The notes beneath the pieces were generated by a model, which saw only the letters and a list, made by a program, of their open reading frames with translations, had not been told where the DNA came from and did no database searches. A program made the position numbers and the translations under genes. 64,000 nt of DNA from Lama glama (Eukaryota), in NCBI GenBank assembly GCA_028534125.1, contig CM052816.1, forward strand, positions 55,864,001 through 55,928,000, read 5' to 3'. Numbering within the stretch: position 1 is the stretch's first letter; each line of letters opens with the position of its first letter. This document shows, in pieces, positions 1-13,814 of the stretch.

Positions 1-68
1 AACAATCCAGAATGAATTGAGTGTAGAACTACATGTGAAAACTAATGCTATGTATTTTGTTTCTATAG

Positions 69-1590
69 AAACCAAAATTCAGTTCTAAAAATCACAGTGG
101 GTTTGCTTGTGATGAAAATTCCAACAGACAGAAGCCAGAACATGCAAAAGTCAATAAAGAAGGCAAAGACAGTTTATTTATAAATAAAGAAGCTGTATAT
201 GAATATTACCAAAAAGATTCCCAAAGCAGGAAATTTGGTAAATCCAAGTATAAGCAGTCAGCTCTTAACCAGAAATACTCTACAGGACTCAGAAAGGACA
301 ATCTCCATAATGTCAGGAATCCCAGCACAAATGTGTCTAAAGGTAAAGGAAGAAGATATACACGACATAAAAGGATTCAAGTGGATCATATAATCCAAGA
401 AAGCAATCCAAGAAAGACAATAGCTGTCTCTTCTTCCAGAAGAACAAACAAGTTGGTTCCTCATCAGCAGCAGATTCTCCAAACCCTTGATCACCTTCCA
501 GAAAAGTCATGTAAACCTTCTAGCTCAGCTCCGTCAGGCTTGAAAATTGGTTTAGGTAATAATATGGAGACTTGTTCAGTTTCCAAAGAGACACATACTC
601 AGAGCCTGGATTTATCAGAACATCAAGAAATAAAATTTCTGGGATTAGAATCCATTGACCAAGTTGAAGCTGTTTCTTTCTCAGGACTTTTTTTGAATAA
701 AATGACCAAGTTACCACCTGTTACTGCAGATCAGCAGCCTCAGACTCACCAAGACCAGCAGCACACTAGCCCTTGTAAATCTTATGAAAACAGTAACTCA
801 GATCAAAAAGATGAGAGCCATAATAAGTGGGAAAATTCTTCTCCATCCTTTATAAAGGAAAACTTTAATGATGGTGATGATGATACTGGTTCCCGTGCCT
901 CTGGAGAGACTGTAAAATCTAAAAAGGTGGTAAGTTTTTCAGGTTACAAAAACCAGGATAATTATAAAGAGAATATAACAAATAGGGAAGAAATGGATTT
1001 TCAACAGTTTTTACCTTCTGAAGACCAATTTTCACAAGGAAATGCATTCAAAGCAGACAACTTAACCATACTTCCACAACAGGAAGCTATTAATTTTTCA
1101 AATTCCGGTAATGTAATGGTTTCTGAACACGTTCCAGATTATGAACAATGTGCATGCAGAACTTCTTTTGATCATTTACATGGCAGTCCTGAGCATGCTT
1201 CCTCGGCTTGTACGAGAGCACACTCAATACATGAAGTTTCAAAGTTGACTAGTCATGCGGAGCTATTCGAGAGGCCACAGGATTGTAGCTACAGAACATC
1301 AGCTCCTTTAATGAATCAGACAGATGCACACACTGTGGAAAAGGTGAATAAGAAAGGAGATGCTGAAAGGAATTACACTGACAAAGGCCAAAAAACAAGT
1401 TCTTCAAATAGCTCTTTATCCACAGTTGTTCATTCTCAAGTAATAGAAACAACTAAAGTTGAAAAAAGGAGACAAGGGAACAAAACCATACATAATATGG
1501 ATTTTCATTCCACTGACAATATCAGTAAAGAATTGACCAGCATCTCACAACTTAGTCAAAGAGAAGAGAAGGAGATTTCTCACAAAGCAG
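69..1590 (+). CDS. ANKRD31: ANKRD31 large internal coding exon (1522 nt, S/E/K/Q/N-rich disordered linker)
   Basis: Acceptor ttttgtttctatag ends at 68. The frame is open from 69 (KPKFSSKNHSGFACDENSNRQK...) into the ORF at 333-1658. Donor CAG|gtagta follows 1590, and phase 1 matches the next exon. Confidence 0.88.
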
Positions 1591-1969
1591 GTAGTAGTAT
1601 TGCTCAGTTTGTACACATGTGCTGTAGATTTACTTATTTTATAGAAATTTCCAGCTGAATTTCACTCAACCCATGCCCAAACTGGTAAGAATGAGGACAT
1701 GTGGGCCGTAACTTGGAGATACTATTAATTAGTTAAGTAATAGTGTTTACTTTGAAAGTAAAGCCATTATCATCAAAGATGGTGCTAAATTGATATTGAC
1801 AGAAGTTAATAAATAGTATTTCTGTCAATTTTTATATTTCTTTTTAGTGTAGCTCTTATTTAGCATCAAGAAGCCTAAAATCATTTTCATTGCAGGAAAT
1901 TGTTAGCTCCATTGATTTCAATGATTCACTGTTGAAATTGCAACCAGCAAACTATATTGTATGAAAACT

Positions 1970-2232
1970 TTTTTCTTTCTTTTTTTGGGGGAGGAAGTAT
2001 AGTCAGTTTACAATGTTGTGTCAATTTCTGGTGTACAGCACAATGTTTCAGCCGTACATGAATATACATATATTCGCTTTCATACTAGTTTTCACCGTAA
2101 GTTACTATAAGATACTGAATATGGTTCTTTGTGCTATACAGTATAACCTTGTTTATCTGTTTTATATATACCAGTCAGTATCTCCAAATCTCGAACTCTT
2201 AATTTATCCCTTCCCATCCACTTCCTCCCTAT
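1970..2232 (-). mobile_element. L1 3'-end fragment (5'-truncated)
   Basis: T-rich tail followed by gaagtatagtcagtttacaatgttgtgtcaatttctggtgtacagc..., the same pattern as the L1 3' ends at ~7370 and ~21915. Confidence 0.8.
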
Positions 2233-2369
2233 GAAAACATATTTAAAGGCTTCCATTCCTTTAAAATAAACAGTCAGCTGGGAACAGAAGCTTGGAACAA
2301 TTACTTGACTAGATTCTTTTTTAGTCAAGTAACCAGTACCACTGATATTGTAAAATGTTTCTTTTTCAG

Positions 2370-2540
2370 ATGAGGAATTAACTATTATTGTCAATGGAGA
2401 TGAAAGCACTATAAGAAATTGTGAGGAGAAAAAAGAAAAAACAGATTTAGAAATTCATATGCCTACTAATATCCAAGAACACAAAAAAGTTAAAAATTTG
2501 AGAAAAAAACAAAATTTCTTGAAAGCTACCTGCAGCCAAG
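2370..2540 (+). CDS. ANKRD31: ANKRD31 coding exon (171 nt, phase 1-1; DEELTIIVNGDE...FLKATCSQ)
   Basis: Acceptor tttctttttcag, donor AAG|gtgtgt; open in the frame required by both neighbours. Confidence 0.88.
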
Positions 2541-3094
2541 GTGTGTATTTCTCTACTTATATAGGTAAAGGTTTGCATGATCAAACCTAGCAATATATTG
2601 TCCTTCAAGGAATTTGTACAGATTTACTGTTTATGTTTTTACTAGTTTACTAATTTGTAAGATTATTTTAGCTGTATTTGTCAGATGGTTTTACTATAAA
2701 GCACCACTTGAGAATCTGTTAGTCTTCCAATATATTGTTGTATTTTTGCCTATGACTAATTTATGTTAGAGGAGATAAGGTAAACAGTAGAGACAGTGAG
2801 AATGTTGAGTAGGGGCAGCACATCTGAATTGTGCCAGACCCCTTAGATACTTCCACTGAACCGTTTAAACATAGGAAAGTTAAAGAAGCATAGCCACTAG
2901 TTTCTGTGTGTCAGATGAGTGAACTGGGTACACTTGGCAGTATGGATAGCTAACTATGCTTTAATAGTTCTTGGAGCTAGTTCTGTGGTGAGTAATAGGC
3001 TGGACCACTTCAGGTTAAATGTTAAGCACTGAAAAGTTGATTTAGTAAGAAAAAGTTGATGTAATAGAAGGTAGGAATATTAGGCATTCTCTTG

Positions 3095-3210
3095 GCCAAA
3101 AGCCAAGGAAGCTAAGGAGTGCTGGTGTCCATTAGAAGCTGGAAGAGGCCAGGAAGGATTCTCCTAATTGGTGGTCATTTGTTACAGCTATCACATGAAA
3201 CTAATACATT
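3095..3210 (+). mobile_element. MLT1 (ERVL-MaLR) LTR fragment
   Basis: aagccaaggaa...agaagctggaagaggccaggaaggattctcc...ttgttacagc...aaactaataca, shared with the MLT1 at 60455. Confidence 0.7.
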
Positions 3211-3399
3211 TCCCTAACAGCACTTAATCATATTTTAATGTAATTTTTTTACATGTCTCTCATTCTACTAGACTGTAGACTACTTGAAGAAAAAATAGTG
3301 TCTCCTCCCTGTTATTTAGAACACAGTGCCCAATTGTTTGATTTAACTAATAAATAAATTGAACTGTCCCAGAGGAAAGAATTCTAAATATTGACATCT

Positions 3400-4090
3400 G
3401 GTTATTCACTAACACAAAGGCCAGCATACGTCTTGATCACTCAACAGAGAATTCAGCCAGGCCCTGAGCGCTGCCCTACTCCCCTCGTCCTTCACGCATT
3501 TTCAATCAGCATTTTAGTTTATCTCATTTAAATATGGGTAGCCAAAGATCAAATATTTGTGGAAAACCCCAGTATAAAAGAGACATTGAAGCAAACTAAC
3601 CAGACCAAAGGAACCCAGAAGAAACAGGAACAACACAAGAATCAGGAAATCTCTAAAATTTGAAAAAAATAATGTGTACAAAGGAAGGAACATTCAGAGA
3701 ACAATAGGTAGTCCTTACATGTTAAAAATATAATTGCATAAATTAAAAAAATATATAGATATCTATAGCAGGATTAGAAGGCAAAGGTTTATTTACAAGT
3801 CTCCTGTAAAGGACAAAAATGGAAGAAAAAAAAAGGAAAATAAAGAGAGAGAAGATCAGAAGATCACTCCAGGGTATTCAGAAAGAACAGTGAAAATAGA
3901 AGAAATCACCAAAAAAATAGTACAAGAAATTAAGGACAGGAGTTTCCATATTGAAAGGGAGTGAACCAGTATCCAGTACAATGAGTAAGAAAACATCTAT
4001 CTCACTGAAATTTCAAAACAAGGGAGAAAAGATCCTAAAAGCTTCCAGGGAAGAAAAGAAAGATTGCATATAAAGAAACTGAAAAATGAA
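3400..4090 (+). mobile_element. Old L1/HAL1-like ORF1 remnant
   Basis: A-rich degenerate sequence with ORF1-like traces (EEITKKIVQE...FHIER; gaaaagatcctaaaagcttccag). Confidence 0.55.
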
Positions 4091-4764
4091 TGTTTCTTAA
4101 TTGCATTATACTTCATAAGTAATTAATAATAATTCAAATATTAATAAAGTATAATGTAATTAAGAAGTACCTAACATTAACTACAGTGGACTTTCATGAA
4201 GAAATTTCTTGTGAGGTCAGTGTGAATACTATTTGTTTCCTTTCTAGTTTCTGTCAGATATTGTTATTTAAACATTTTAGTTGAATGTTACAGAAATTTA
4301 TGATGGCAGTAACATTGAATAATTTTTGATTTTTGCCCCAAAATATTTGCCATGTGCCTAGCTTCTTTGCTACAGATATATCAGGAACAAAGTGAGAGGA
4401 TTTGTACCATCCACAGTAACAATTTTGGGGAGAGCTTTTTCAATTCAAACTTGCAATCTGCAGGCCTACTATCTTAGGTATTTTGTAATTTTAAAATACA
4501 TTCTATATATGTATGTATAACATGAAATATATATCTTCTTCCAATAAAGAACTTGAGTGCAGATATCCAAAGAGCAATATGTTTTTATCTGGATGTCAAT
4601 GGAAGATAGACATGAGGCTGTCAGTCTTCCCTGTGATTGATATAACCAAAGAATCCATCTTTTAGAGAGTGTTCCTCTATTCTTTCTATCTGTTGCCCTG
4701 AATTTATATGCCTGGTTGCTGGCATTTAGGAAATAGGGCAGGGAAAGGGGCCCATGGTTTAATA

Positions 4765-5485
4765 TAGTGGTTCTAAACCTTAGCTTGCATCAAAATCATC
4801 TGCAAAACTTGTTAAAACACAGATTGCTGGGCTCTACTCTCAGAAAGTCTGATTCAGTAGGTATATTAGTTATCTATTAGTGTATACTGAATTACCACAA
4901 ACGTACTAATTTTAACCAACACACGTTATCTCATACTTTCTGTAGGTCAGGAATTGGGCATGGCTTAGCCAGGTCCTCTGATCAGGATCTTTCAAAGGCT
5001 GCGATCGAGGTGCAGGTCAGGACTGGGGTCTCATCTGAAGGCTAAACTAGGGAAGGGTTCACTTTCAAGCTCATGTGGTTGTTGATAGAGTTCTGTTCCT
5101 TGACAGTTGTGCATGTCCTGTGGTCATCCTCAGTTCCTTGCCGCATGAAATTTTCCAGCGTGGCCACTTGCTTCATCTGCTGGGCAAGCTGAAGGCAGTA
5201 GAACAAGTCTGTTAGTAAAACAGAAGATGATACAGTCTCTTGTAACCTAGTCAAGGAAGTGAAATACCCACAAGGGAGAGGTATTCTGTTCACTAGAAGC
5301 AAGTTTTGTCAAGAGGAGGGGGTTATACAAGGACATAAATACTGGGAGGTGAGGATCATTAGGAACAATTTTAAAGTCTACCCTCTATAGTAGGCTTGGG
5401 CTGGGCTGGAGAATTTACATTTCTAAGTATTTTCCCAGGTGATATTGATACCGCTAATCTGGAACTACACCTTGAGAACTACTGG
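4765..5485. mobile_element. MER5A-like hAT element split by an MLT1 LTR
   Basis: Left half tagtggttctaaacc...gattcagtagg and right half gtaggcttggg...ttgagaactactg carry inverted termini. Confidence 0.8.
4862..5389 (-). mobile_element. MLT1-family solo LTR nested in MER5A, 5-bp TSD GTAGG
   Basis: Begins tatattagtt (reverse of the MLT1 3' end); GTAGG direct repeats at 4857-4861 and 5390-5394. Confidence 0.78.
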
Positions 5486-6526
5486 GTTAAGGGACTTTTC
5501 TGTTTCTTCATCCTAATCCTGTACTTTGCCTTGCATCACAGTCTGAAGCTTCGCTGATGCAATTTCTACAGAAAATAAACCTCCAGGTTCCTGGCTGGGG
5601 AGTACTTGCCAGGCAGTTTGGGCTTGGGAAAGGGAAGTTGGAGTCCCAGTTTTTCTATATCTATACTTTCAGTCTTCCTGTTTCCAGCCTGTTTCACGCG
5701 CTGCCTTTTATGGTAGGTGATACCCTGAAGTGCTGAGTACCTGGGTTTACGTGGCCTCTCTTCCTCCAGATTCCCTTTGCAGGTACTTGGGTTGGAACAT
5801 TCCACACTCTGCCAAATCAGTTAACTCTTCTGTCAGTGACTTTCCACTTCCTCAAGTGAAGTCTTTGTCCTCTGTTGTTACCTTTTCTATTTTCTTTATA
5901 TGATCTTACTTAGAACCTTTCACTACATCATTTTAGCATGGTCTGGGGGAGGAAATAGGGAAAAAACTGTTCACTGTTTTTAGCTCCAACTCAAGTCTTT
6001 CTAATTTGTGATGCAAGGAAACGATTTTAAAAAAACAATGGATAATGATACTGTACTGCATTTTCTATGAAAGAAAAATAAAATACCTAATAGGCCATAC
6101 CCCATAGTTTGGTTCTTGGCATCTTGTATGATCAGAAACACACTGATTGAGATAGGGAATAGTTATAGAAAGAAGATTTTTATGAAATCATTTTGTTTTA
6201 AGAAACTTTTTATAAATTGCTTAAGGACTACTGAGAGTGAAATGAGTGTAGAAATGAAGCAAGTTTTATTTGTTTAAATCAAGCATATGATATAGTGAAC
6301 AACTGCTAGAATGAATTTGAAGTAATGTCTTAGATGTTCTGTCATTTCTTTGTAAGTTACACTTCCAAATAGTAACAGCAATGATAGTATTAATTAAGGT
6401 ATGCTTCTCTGTAGTGTGTCCTGCTTAGGATGTTTTGAGGAAGTTGCTATGTGTTTTCTGATCTCTTTCATAATAATCAAGCACTTGGTAGAAAAGAAGC
6501 CTCAGTTATGTTTGGCAAATTTACAG

Positions 6527-6664
6527 AAATGGAAACAGCTGGGATCAACAAGAGGCCTGCCAGAGGGGAAAGCCGGCTTCATTTGGCTGCCAGAAGAGGA
6601 AATTTGTCTCTGGTGAAAGCTCTAGTACAGTCTGGAGCAGATGTGAATCTAAAAAATAATGCAG
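6527..6664 (+). CDS. ANKRD31: ANKRD31 exon, ankyrin repeat (EMETAGINKRPARGESRLHLAARRGNLSLVKALVQSGADVNLKNNA)
   Basis: Ankyrin consensus G-x-S/T-x-LH-x-AA...G...LV..L...GADVN; acceptor tttacag, donor CAG|gtttgg; 138 nt, phase 1-1. Confidence 0.95.
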
Positions 6665-7344
6665 GTTTGGATTTGTAAATTTTCATTGTCTTTATAATTT
6701 GAACTCACTGATACATACATTTCATCTACCCTTCCCCATTTTGATCCTGGTTGATGTATAGCCATTAATTTTGAAAAAAATTGTAATATATTGTTACTTA
6801 CTTGGTATCAGATTTATCTTGGTTCCCACCAATTGCTAAAATAACCTTCTTTGAAGCGGTTCTTAACATACATTTGGGAGTGCTGAGAGGGAATATACAG
6901 AATGAGGAGCAAAAGAAGCTTTATTAAGGCCTTCTCCTTGGAGGCCTTAGTATCCTTCCCTAACTTTGGAAAGTATGCCAAACTTTCCCATTTTCCTATC
7001 CCTTCTTTTCTTTCCTTCTCTCTTAATACTGTTCCTTTTTCTCCTTTTCCTTGGTTTTATTTTAAATCTCCATTTTAAAATTGATCTGCTACTGTTTTTC
7101 TCAAGCACAAAAAAACACTTGTGTGAAGAATTCTAGAGGGGAAAAAGCTCAAAGGTTGATTGATCAAATGTCATTTTAAAGAAAAATGTGGCAGAAGAAA
7201 ATAGGAATGTCAGGTATCTTACTCTGTTTTACTATCTGATTTGAAACCAGTTGACATGATTAGTATTTACTCTGGCCCCATTATATTTTATGTTCTGGGA
7301 GTCTTTTGGTACTTGTATCAACAAATATTTTAGGTGAGTTTTTT

Positions 7345-10300
7345 TTTTTAAATGAAACACTTTTTTTAGTGAGGTATAGTTGATTTACAATAGTATATTA
7401 GTTTCAGGTATACAGCATAGTGATTCAAACTTATTATAGATTATATTCCATGTAGTTATTATAAAATATTGGCTATATTCCTTGTGCTGTATATCTTTGT
7501 AGCTTATTCATTTTATATGTAGTAGTTTGTACCTTTTCATCTCCTGCTCTATCTTGTCCCTCACCACTACCCTCTCCCCACTGGTAACTAATGTTTATTC
7601 TCTGTATCTGTGAATATGTTTCTGTTTTGTTGTATTTGCTTGTTTCTTTTATTTTTTAGATTACACTATAAGTGATAACATAGAGTATTTATCTTTTCTG
7701 TCTGACTTATTTCATTAAGCATAATACCCTCCAGGTCAATCTGTATTTTTTGCATGAGACAAAATTTCATTCTTTTTATGGCCAAGTAGTATTTCATTGT
7801 GTGTATCTACCTACCCTACCTACCTACCTATCTACCTGTCTGTCCATCACATCTTCTTTATCCATTCATCTGTTGATGGACAACTAGGTTGTTTCCATAT
7901 CTTGGCTATTATAAATAATGGTGCTATGAACATTGAGGTGCATGTATCTTTTCGGATTAGTGTTTTTGTTTTCTTTAGGTACATACACAGGAGTGGAATT
8001 GCTGAATCATATGGTGGTTTTATTTTTAGTTTTTTGAGAACATCCATACTGTTTTCTGCAGTGGCTGCACCAATTTACATCCTCACCGATGTTTGTTATT
8101 TGCATTCTTTCTGATGGTACAGGAGTAGGGTGATATCTCATTGTGGTTTTGATCTGCATTTTTCTGATAATTAGCAGTGCTTAGCATCTTTTCACATGCC
8201 TGTTGGCTATCTGTGTATCTTCTTTGGAAAATGTTTTTACAGGTCCTCTGACCATTTTTTTGATTGGGTTGTTTGGTTTTTTGTTTTTTGGGGTTTTTTT
8301 GATATTGAGTTGTATGAGCTATTTATGTATTTTGGAAATTAATCCCTTATAGGTCATATCATTTGCAAATATTTTTTCCTGTTCAGTAAGTCCTCCTTTC
8401 ATTTTGTTGATGGTTTCCTTTTCTGTGCAAAAGCTTTCCATTCTAATTAGATCCCATTTGTTTATTTTCACTTTTATTTCCTTTGCCTTATGAGATAGAT
8501 CCAAAACAATATTGCTATGATTTATGTCAAAGAGTACTCTGCCTGTTTTCTTCTAGGATTTCTGTGGTTTCCAGTCTTATATTTAGATCTTTAATCCATT
8601 TTGAGTTTATTTTTGTATATGGTATGAGAAATGTTGTAATTTCATTCTTTTACATGTAGCTGTCCAGTTTTCCCAGCACCACTTATTGAAGAAACTGTCT
8701 TTTCTCCATTGTTTATTCATGCCTCCTTTGTCATAGATTAATTGACATAAGTGCATGGGTTTATTTCTGGATTGTATAGTCTGTTCCATTGGTCTGTGTG
8801 TCTGTTTTTGTGCCAGTATGCTAATGTTTTGATTACTATAGCTTTGTAGTATACTCTGAAGTCAGGAAGCATGATTCCTCCAGCTCTGTTCTTTCTCAAG
8901 ATTGTTTTGGTTATTCAGGATCTTTTATGCTACCATACAAATTTTAAAATTATTTCTTCTAGTTCTGTGAAAAATGCCATTGGTATTTTGATAGGGATTG
9001 CATTGAATCTGTAAATTGCCTTGGGTAGTATGGTCAATTTAACAATATTAATTCTTCCAGTCCATGAACACAGTATATCTTTCCACCTAGTTGTGTCATC
9101 TTCAGTTTTTCATCACTATCATTTAGTTTTCTGAGTACAGATCTTTTATGTCCTTAGGTAGGTTTACCCCTAGGTATTTTATTCTTTTTGATGCAATTGA
9201 AAATGGGGAAATTCCTTAATTTCTTTTTCTGATAATTTGTTGTTAGCGTATAGAAATACAACAGATTTTTGTATATTAATTTTGTATCCTGCAGCTTTAC
9301 TACATTCATTGATGAGCTCTGGTAGGTTTTTTTGGTGATGTCTTTAGGACTTTCTTTTCATAGCATTTCATCTGCAAAGAGGGACAGTTTCCTTCTTCCT
9401 TTACAGTTTAGATTCCTTTTATTTCTTTTTTGTTTTTTGTCTTATTGCTGTGTCTAGGACTTCCAATATTGTGTTGAATAGAAGTGGTGAGAGTGGGCAT
9501 CCTTATCTTGTTTCTGATGTTAGAGAACATGCTTCTACACATACACATTGAATATGCTGTTAGCTGTGGGCTTATTATATATGGTCTTTATAATTTTGAG
9601 GAATGTTCCCACTATACTTGCTTTGTGGTGGGTTTTTATCAAAATGGATGTTGAATTTTATCAAAAGCTTTTTCTACATCTATTGAGATGATCATATGGT
9701 TTTTATTCTTCAAACTGTTAATGTGATGTATCACACTGAATGACTTGTGAATAGTGAGCTATCCTTAAATCAATGGAATAAATCCCATTTGATCATGGTA
9801 TATGATCCTTTTAATGTATTGTTAGATTCAGTTTGCTAATATTTGTTGAGAATTTTTGCATTTATGTTGATCAGTGATATTGGCCTGTAATTTTCTATTT
9901 TTGCATGATATCGTCAACTGATTTTGGTATCAGGGAGATGCTAGCCTTGTAGATAAGTTGGAAGCATTTCTTCCTCTGCAGTTTTTTGGAATAGTTAGAG
10001 GATAGGTGTTAACTCTTTCCTAAATGTTTGTTAGAATACACCTTTGAAACTTTTTGGGAGTTTTTAATTACTGATTCAGTTTCATTACTGGTAATTGATC
10101 TGTTCATATTTTTCTATTTCTTTCTGATTTAGTCTTAGGAGAGTATACACTTTTAGGAATTTGCCCATTTCTTGTATGTATTCTATTTTAGCATTTAGTG
10201 ATTTATAGTGATCTATTATGATCCTTTGTATTTCTGTGGTGTCAGTTATAACTTCTTTTTCATTTCTTATTTTTTTGATTTGGGCCCTCTTTTTTTCTTG

Positions 10301-13300
10301 GTGAGTCTGGCTAAAGTTTTCTCAATTTTGTTTTATCTTTTCAAAGAATGAGCTCTTAGTTTCATTTATCTTTCCTATTTTTTTTTAGCCTTCGTTTAAT
10401 TTATTTTTACTCTTATCTTTATGATATCTTTCCTTCTATTAACTTTGGGGTTTTTTGTTATTTTTCTAGTTCCATTAGATGTAAGGTCAGGATGTTTGTT
10501 TGAGTTCTTCTTGTTTCCTGAGGTAAGTTTGTATTGCTATAAATTTCCCTCTTGGAACTGCTTTTGCTGCACCCCATAGCTTCTGGATTATTGTATTTTC
10601 ATTTTCATTTGTCTCTTTTTATTTTTTTTCTTTGGTTTCTTCAGTGCTCTAATTGTTTAGTAGTATATTGTTTAGCCTCCATGTGTTTGTGTTTTTTGCA
10701 GTTCTGTTCATGTAGTTGATTTCATATCTCATAGAGTTGTGGTCAGAAAAGATGCTCAATAGTATTTCAATTTTTTTTGTATTTACCAAAGCTTGTTTTG
10801 TGGCCTGGCATGTGATCTATCCTGAAAAATTGTTCCTTGTGTATTTAAAAAGAAGGTGTATTCTGCTGACTTTCTATGGAATGTTCTATACATGTCAGTA
10901 AAGTCCATCTGTTATAATATGTCATTTAAGGCCCATTTTTCCTTACCTTACTGATATTCTGTCTGGATAATGAGTTCATTATTGAAAATGAGGTGTGAAA
11001 GTCTCCTACTATTGTTGTGTTACTGTCAGTTTCTCCCTTTATGTCTATTAATATTTGCTTTATGTATTTAGATGGCCCTATATTGGGTACATATATATTT
11101 ATAATTATTTTACCTTCTTGGATTGATCCCTTGATCATTATGTAATGTCCTTCTTTGTCTCTTGTAGCAGTTTTTGTTTTAAAGCCTATTTCGTCTTATA
11201 TAAGTATTGCTACCCTAGTTTCCATTTTGTTTCCATTTGCATGGAATACCTCTTTCTGTCTACTCATTTTCAGTCTATGTGTGTCTTTAGATCTGAAGTG
11301 TCTCTTGTAGGTAGCGTATGTATAGGTCTTGTTTTTGTGTCCATTCTCCTTCTCTATGCCTTTTGATTGAAGCATTTTGTCCATTTACATTTAAAGTAAT
11401 TCTTGATATGTATGTACTTATTGCCATTGTGTTCATGGTTTGGGAGTTGTTTCTGTAGTTCTTTTTTGATCCTTTTTTCTTTTATTCTCTTATGATTTGA
11501 TGATTATCTTTAGTGTTTGGTTTTGTTTCTCTTTTTTTGCATGTGTACCTATTATAGATTTTTGGTTTGTGGTTACCATGAGTTTTATATGTATGTATGT
11601 ATGTAGGTATGTGTGTGTGTATGTGTGTATCTATCTATCTATCGATGATTATTTTAACTTGCAGATCTCTTAATTTCAAACACATTTAAACAACCTTGCA
11701 TTGTTACTCTCCTCATGATTACAACATGTTTTGACATCATATTTTTCATCTCCTTTTTTTTTTTTTTGGATATTCCTTAACTGTTTATTGTGGCTAGAGT
11801 GATTTTTTTCTACTACTATTTTTTTTGACATTCCTTATAGTTTTGTACCTGGTTGATTTACTACTTTTACTGTTTATTTGCCTTTACTTATGAGCTTTTT
11901 CCTTTTATAATTTTTATGTTTCCAGTTGTGACCTTTTCTTTTTTGCTTAGAAAAGTCCCTTTAAAATTTCTCTTAAAGCTGGTTTGGTAGTACTGGACTC
12001 TTTTAGCTCTTGCTTGTCTATACAGCTTTTGATCTCTTCATCAAATTTGGATGAGAGCCTTACTGGGTAGAGTATTTTGGACTGCAGGTTTTCCATTCTA
12101 TCATTTTAAAAGTATGGTGCCACTACCTTCTGACCTGCAGAGTTCTACTGAAAAGTCAGCTGAACTCCCTTAGAGACAGTCCCTTGTATGTTATTTGTTG
12201 CTTTTCCCTTACTGCTTTTAACATTCTCTTTTTATCTTTAAATTTTGTCATTTAAATCATAGTGTGTTTTGGTGTGGTCATCTTTAGGTTTGATTATGTT
12301 TGGGACTCTCTATGCTTCCTGGATTTGGATATTTGTTTGCTTTCCCTGGTTAGGGAAATTTTCAGCTACTGTGTCTTCAGATATGCTCTCTGCCCCTTTC
12401 TTTCTTCTCCTTCTGGGACTCCTATAATGCAAATGTTGGTATGCTTGATGTTGTCCCAGTGGTCTTTTAAAGTGTCCTTGTTTCTTTTTATTCTTTTTTC
12501 TTTTTTCTATTCAACTTCAGTGATTTCCACTGCTCTGTCTTCCAACTTACTTATTCATTCTTCTATATCATTTAGTGTACTATTGATTCCTTCTAGTGTA
12601 TTGTTCATTTCACTTGTTATATTCTTCATCTCTGTTTGGTTGTTCTTTATATTTTCTAAGTCTTTGTTAAAAACGTCTAGCTTCTCGTTCTGTTTATCCA
12701 TTCTTCTCCCAAATTCTTTGATTATCCTTATGATCATTACCTTGAACTCTTTTGTTGGGTAGATTCTCTATCTCCACTTCACTTAGTTCTTCTTCTGGGG
12801 TTTTATCTTCTTCCTTTGTTTTGAACATGTTCCTCTGTCACCTTATTTTGCCTAACTTGAAGTTTTTATTTCTGTGTATCTGGTAGGTTGGTTACATTTC
12901 CCAGCCTTGGAGAAGTGGCCTTTTGTAGGAGATGTCTTATGCTTCCTTTCAACATACTCTTCTCTGATCACCAGAGCTCTATGCTCTATGGGTGCCTCCT
13001 GTATGGGCTGCATGAGTCCTTCTGTTGTGGCTGGCTAACTACTGTGGGCAGTTAGTCTGGTAGGCTTGGCCAGCCCCTGGTTGGGTTGATTGCCAGGCTC
13101 TGCTTTGTATAGAGACTGCTGGCCATTGGTTGGTGGGCCTGAGTCACGAGGCAGCTGGCTACTGAACCCCAGAGGACCCCAGGGCTAATGTTGACTTACT
13201 GGTGGGCAGAGTCTGGGTACAGGAGATCCCAGGGTTGTTGTCTGCCTGCCAGTGGGTGAAGCTAGTTCCTAACACTAGTGTTGGGTTACAGGTGATCAGA

Positions 13301-13745
13301 GCCAGGTCCTGGGGACTGGTTGCAGGGCCCAGAGGTCCCAGAGCTGGTGTTAGACTGCTGGGAGGTGGGGGTGCAATTTCGGACACAGGTGGCAGCAGGG
13401 TTCAGAGTGTCCTGAGGTTTGTTGGCTTGCTGCTTGGAACTTGGGCCCAGCTGGTCCTGGGGCAGGTGCTGGCCTGCTCATGGGTGGGCTGGGTCCTGGC
13501 ACAGCAGGCTGTGGGGCTATAGTAGTTGTCTTGGAGCTGGTGCTCACCCACTTTTGGGTGGGGCTGTTCCCAAGGCTAGAACAGGCTTGCTGGTGGGCAG
13601 GGCTGGGACCCAGAGGTTTCTGGGGCTAGTGCCTGCCCACTGGTGGGTGGACCTGGGTCCCAGGGTCTCTAGCTGCTGGGCCCTGGGCAGGACTGTGTCC
13701 ATGGGCAGCTGTGTGGGCTCTGAGGCTCTTAAGGCAGCCTGTTTT
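7345..13745 (-). mobile_element. Near full-length, decayed LINE-1 (~6.4 kb), antisense to ANKRD31
   Basis: Minus-strand ORF2 remnants (endonuclease: MIKGSIQE..NIYVPNIG..IVGDF; C-terminal: [44 protein letters not shown]), an ORF1 coiled-coil remnant at 12555-12737, a GC-rich repetitive 5' region at 12900-13745, and a poly-T 3' end. Confidence 0.95.
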
Positions 13746-13768
13746 CTATATTATTCCTTGTCCAATAC

Positions 13769-13771
<3 letters not shown>

Positions 13772-13810
<39 letters not shown>
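13772..13810. repeat. (TG)n microsatellite
   Basis: Uninterrupted gt dinucleotide run about 120 nt upstream of the 13929 acceptor. Confidence 0.95.

Positions 13811-13814
<4 letters not shown>

Noticed and set aside
333..1658. Stand-alone 441-aa gene (likewise the 363-aa ORF at 32639-33730)
   Set aside because: Both are large internal ANKRD31 exons bounded by splice sites; the ORF-track starts and ends do not correspond to real start or stop codons.
7345..13745. Possible active LINE-1
   Set aside because: ORF1 and ORF2 are fragmented by many stops and frameshifts.
12262..13772. Plus-strand hydrophobic or Gly/Trp-rich ORFs (also 22448-23650 and 36455-37135)
   Set aside because: Antisense readings of A-rich L1 sequence, not membrane proteins.
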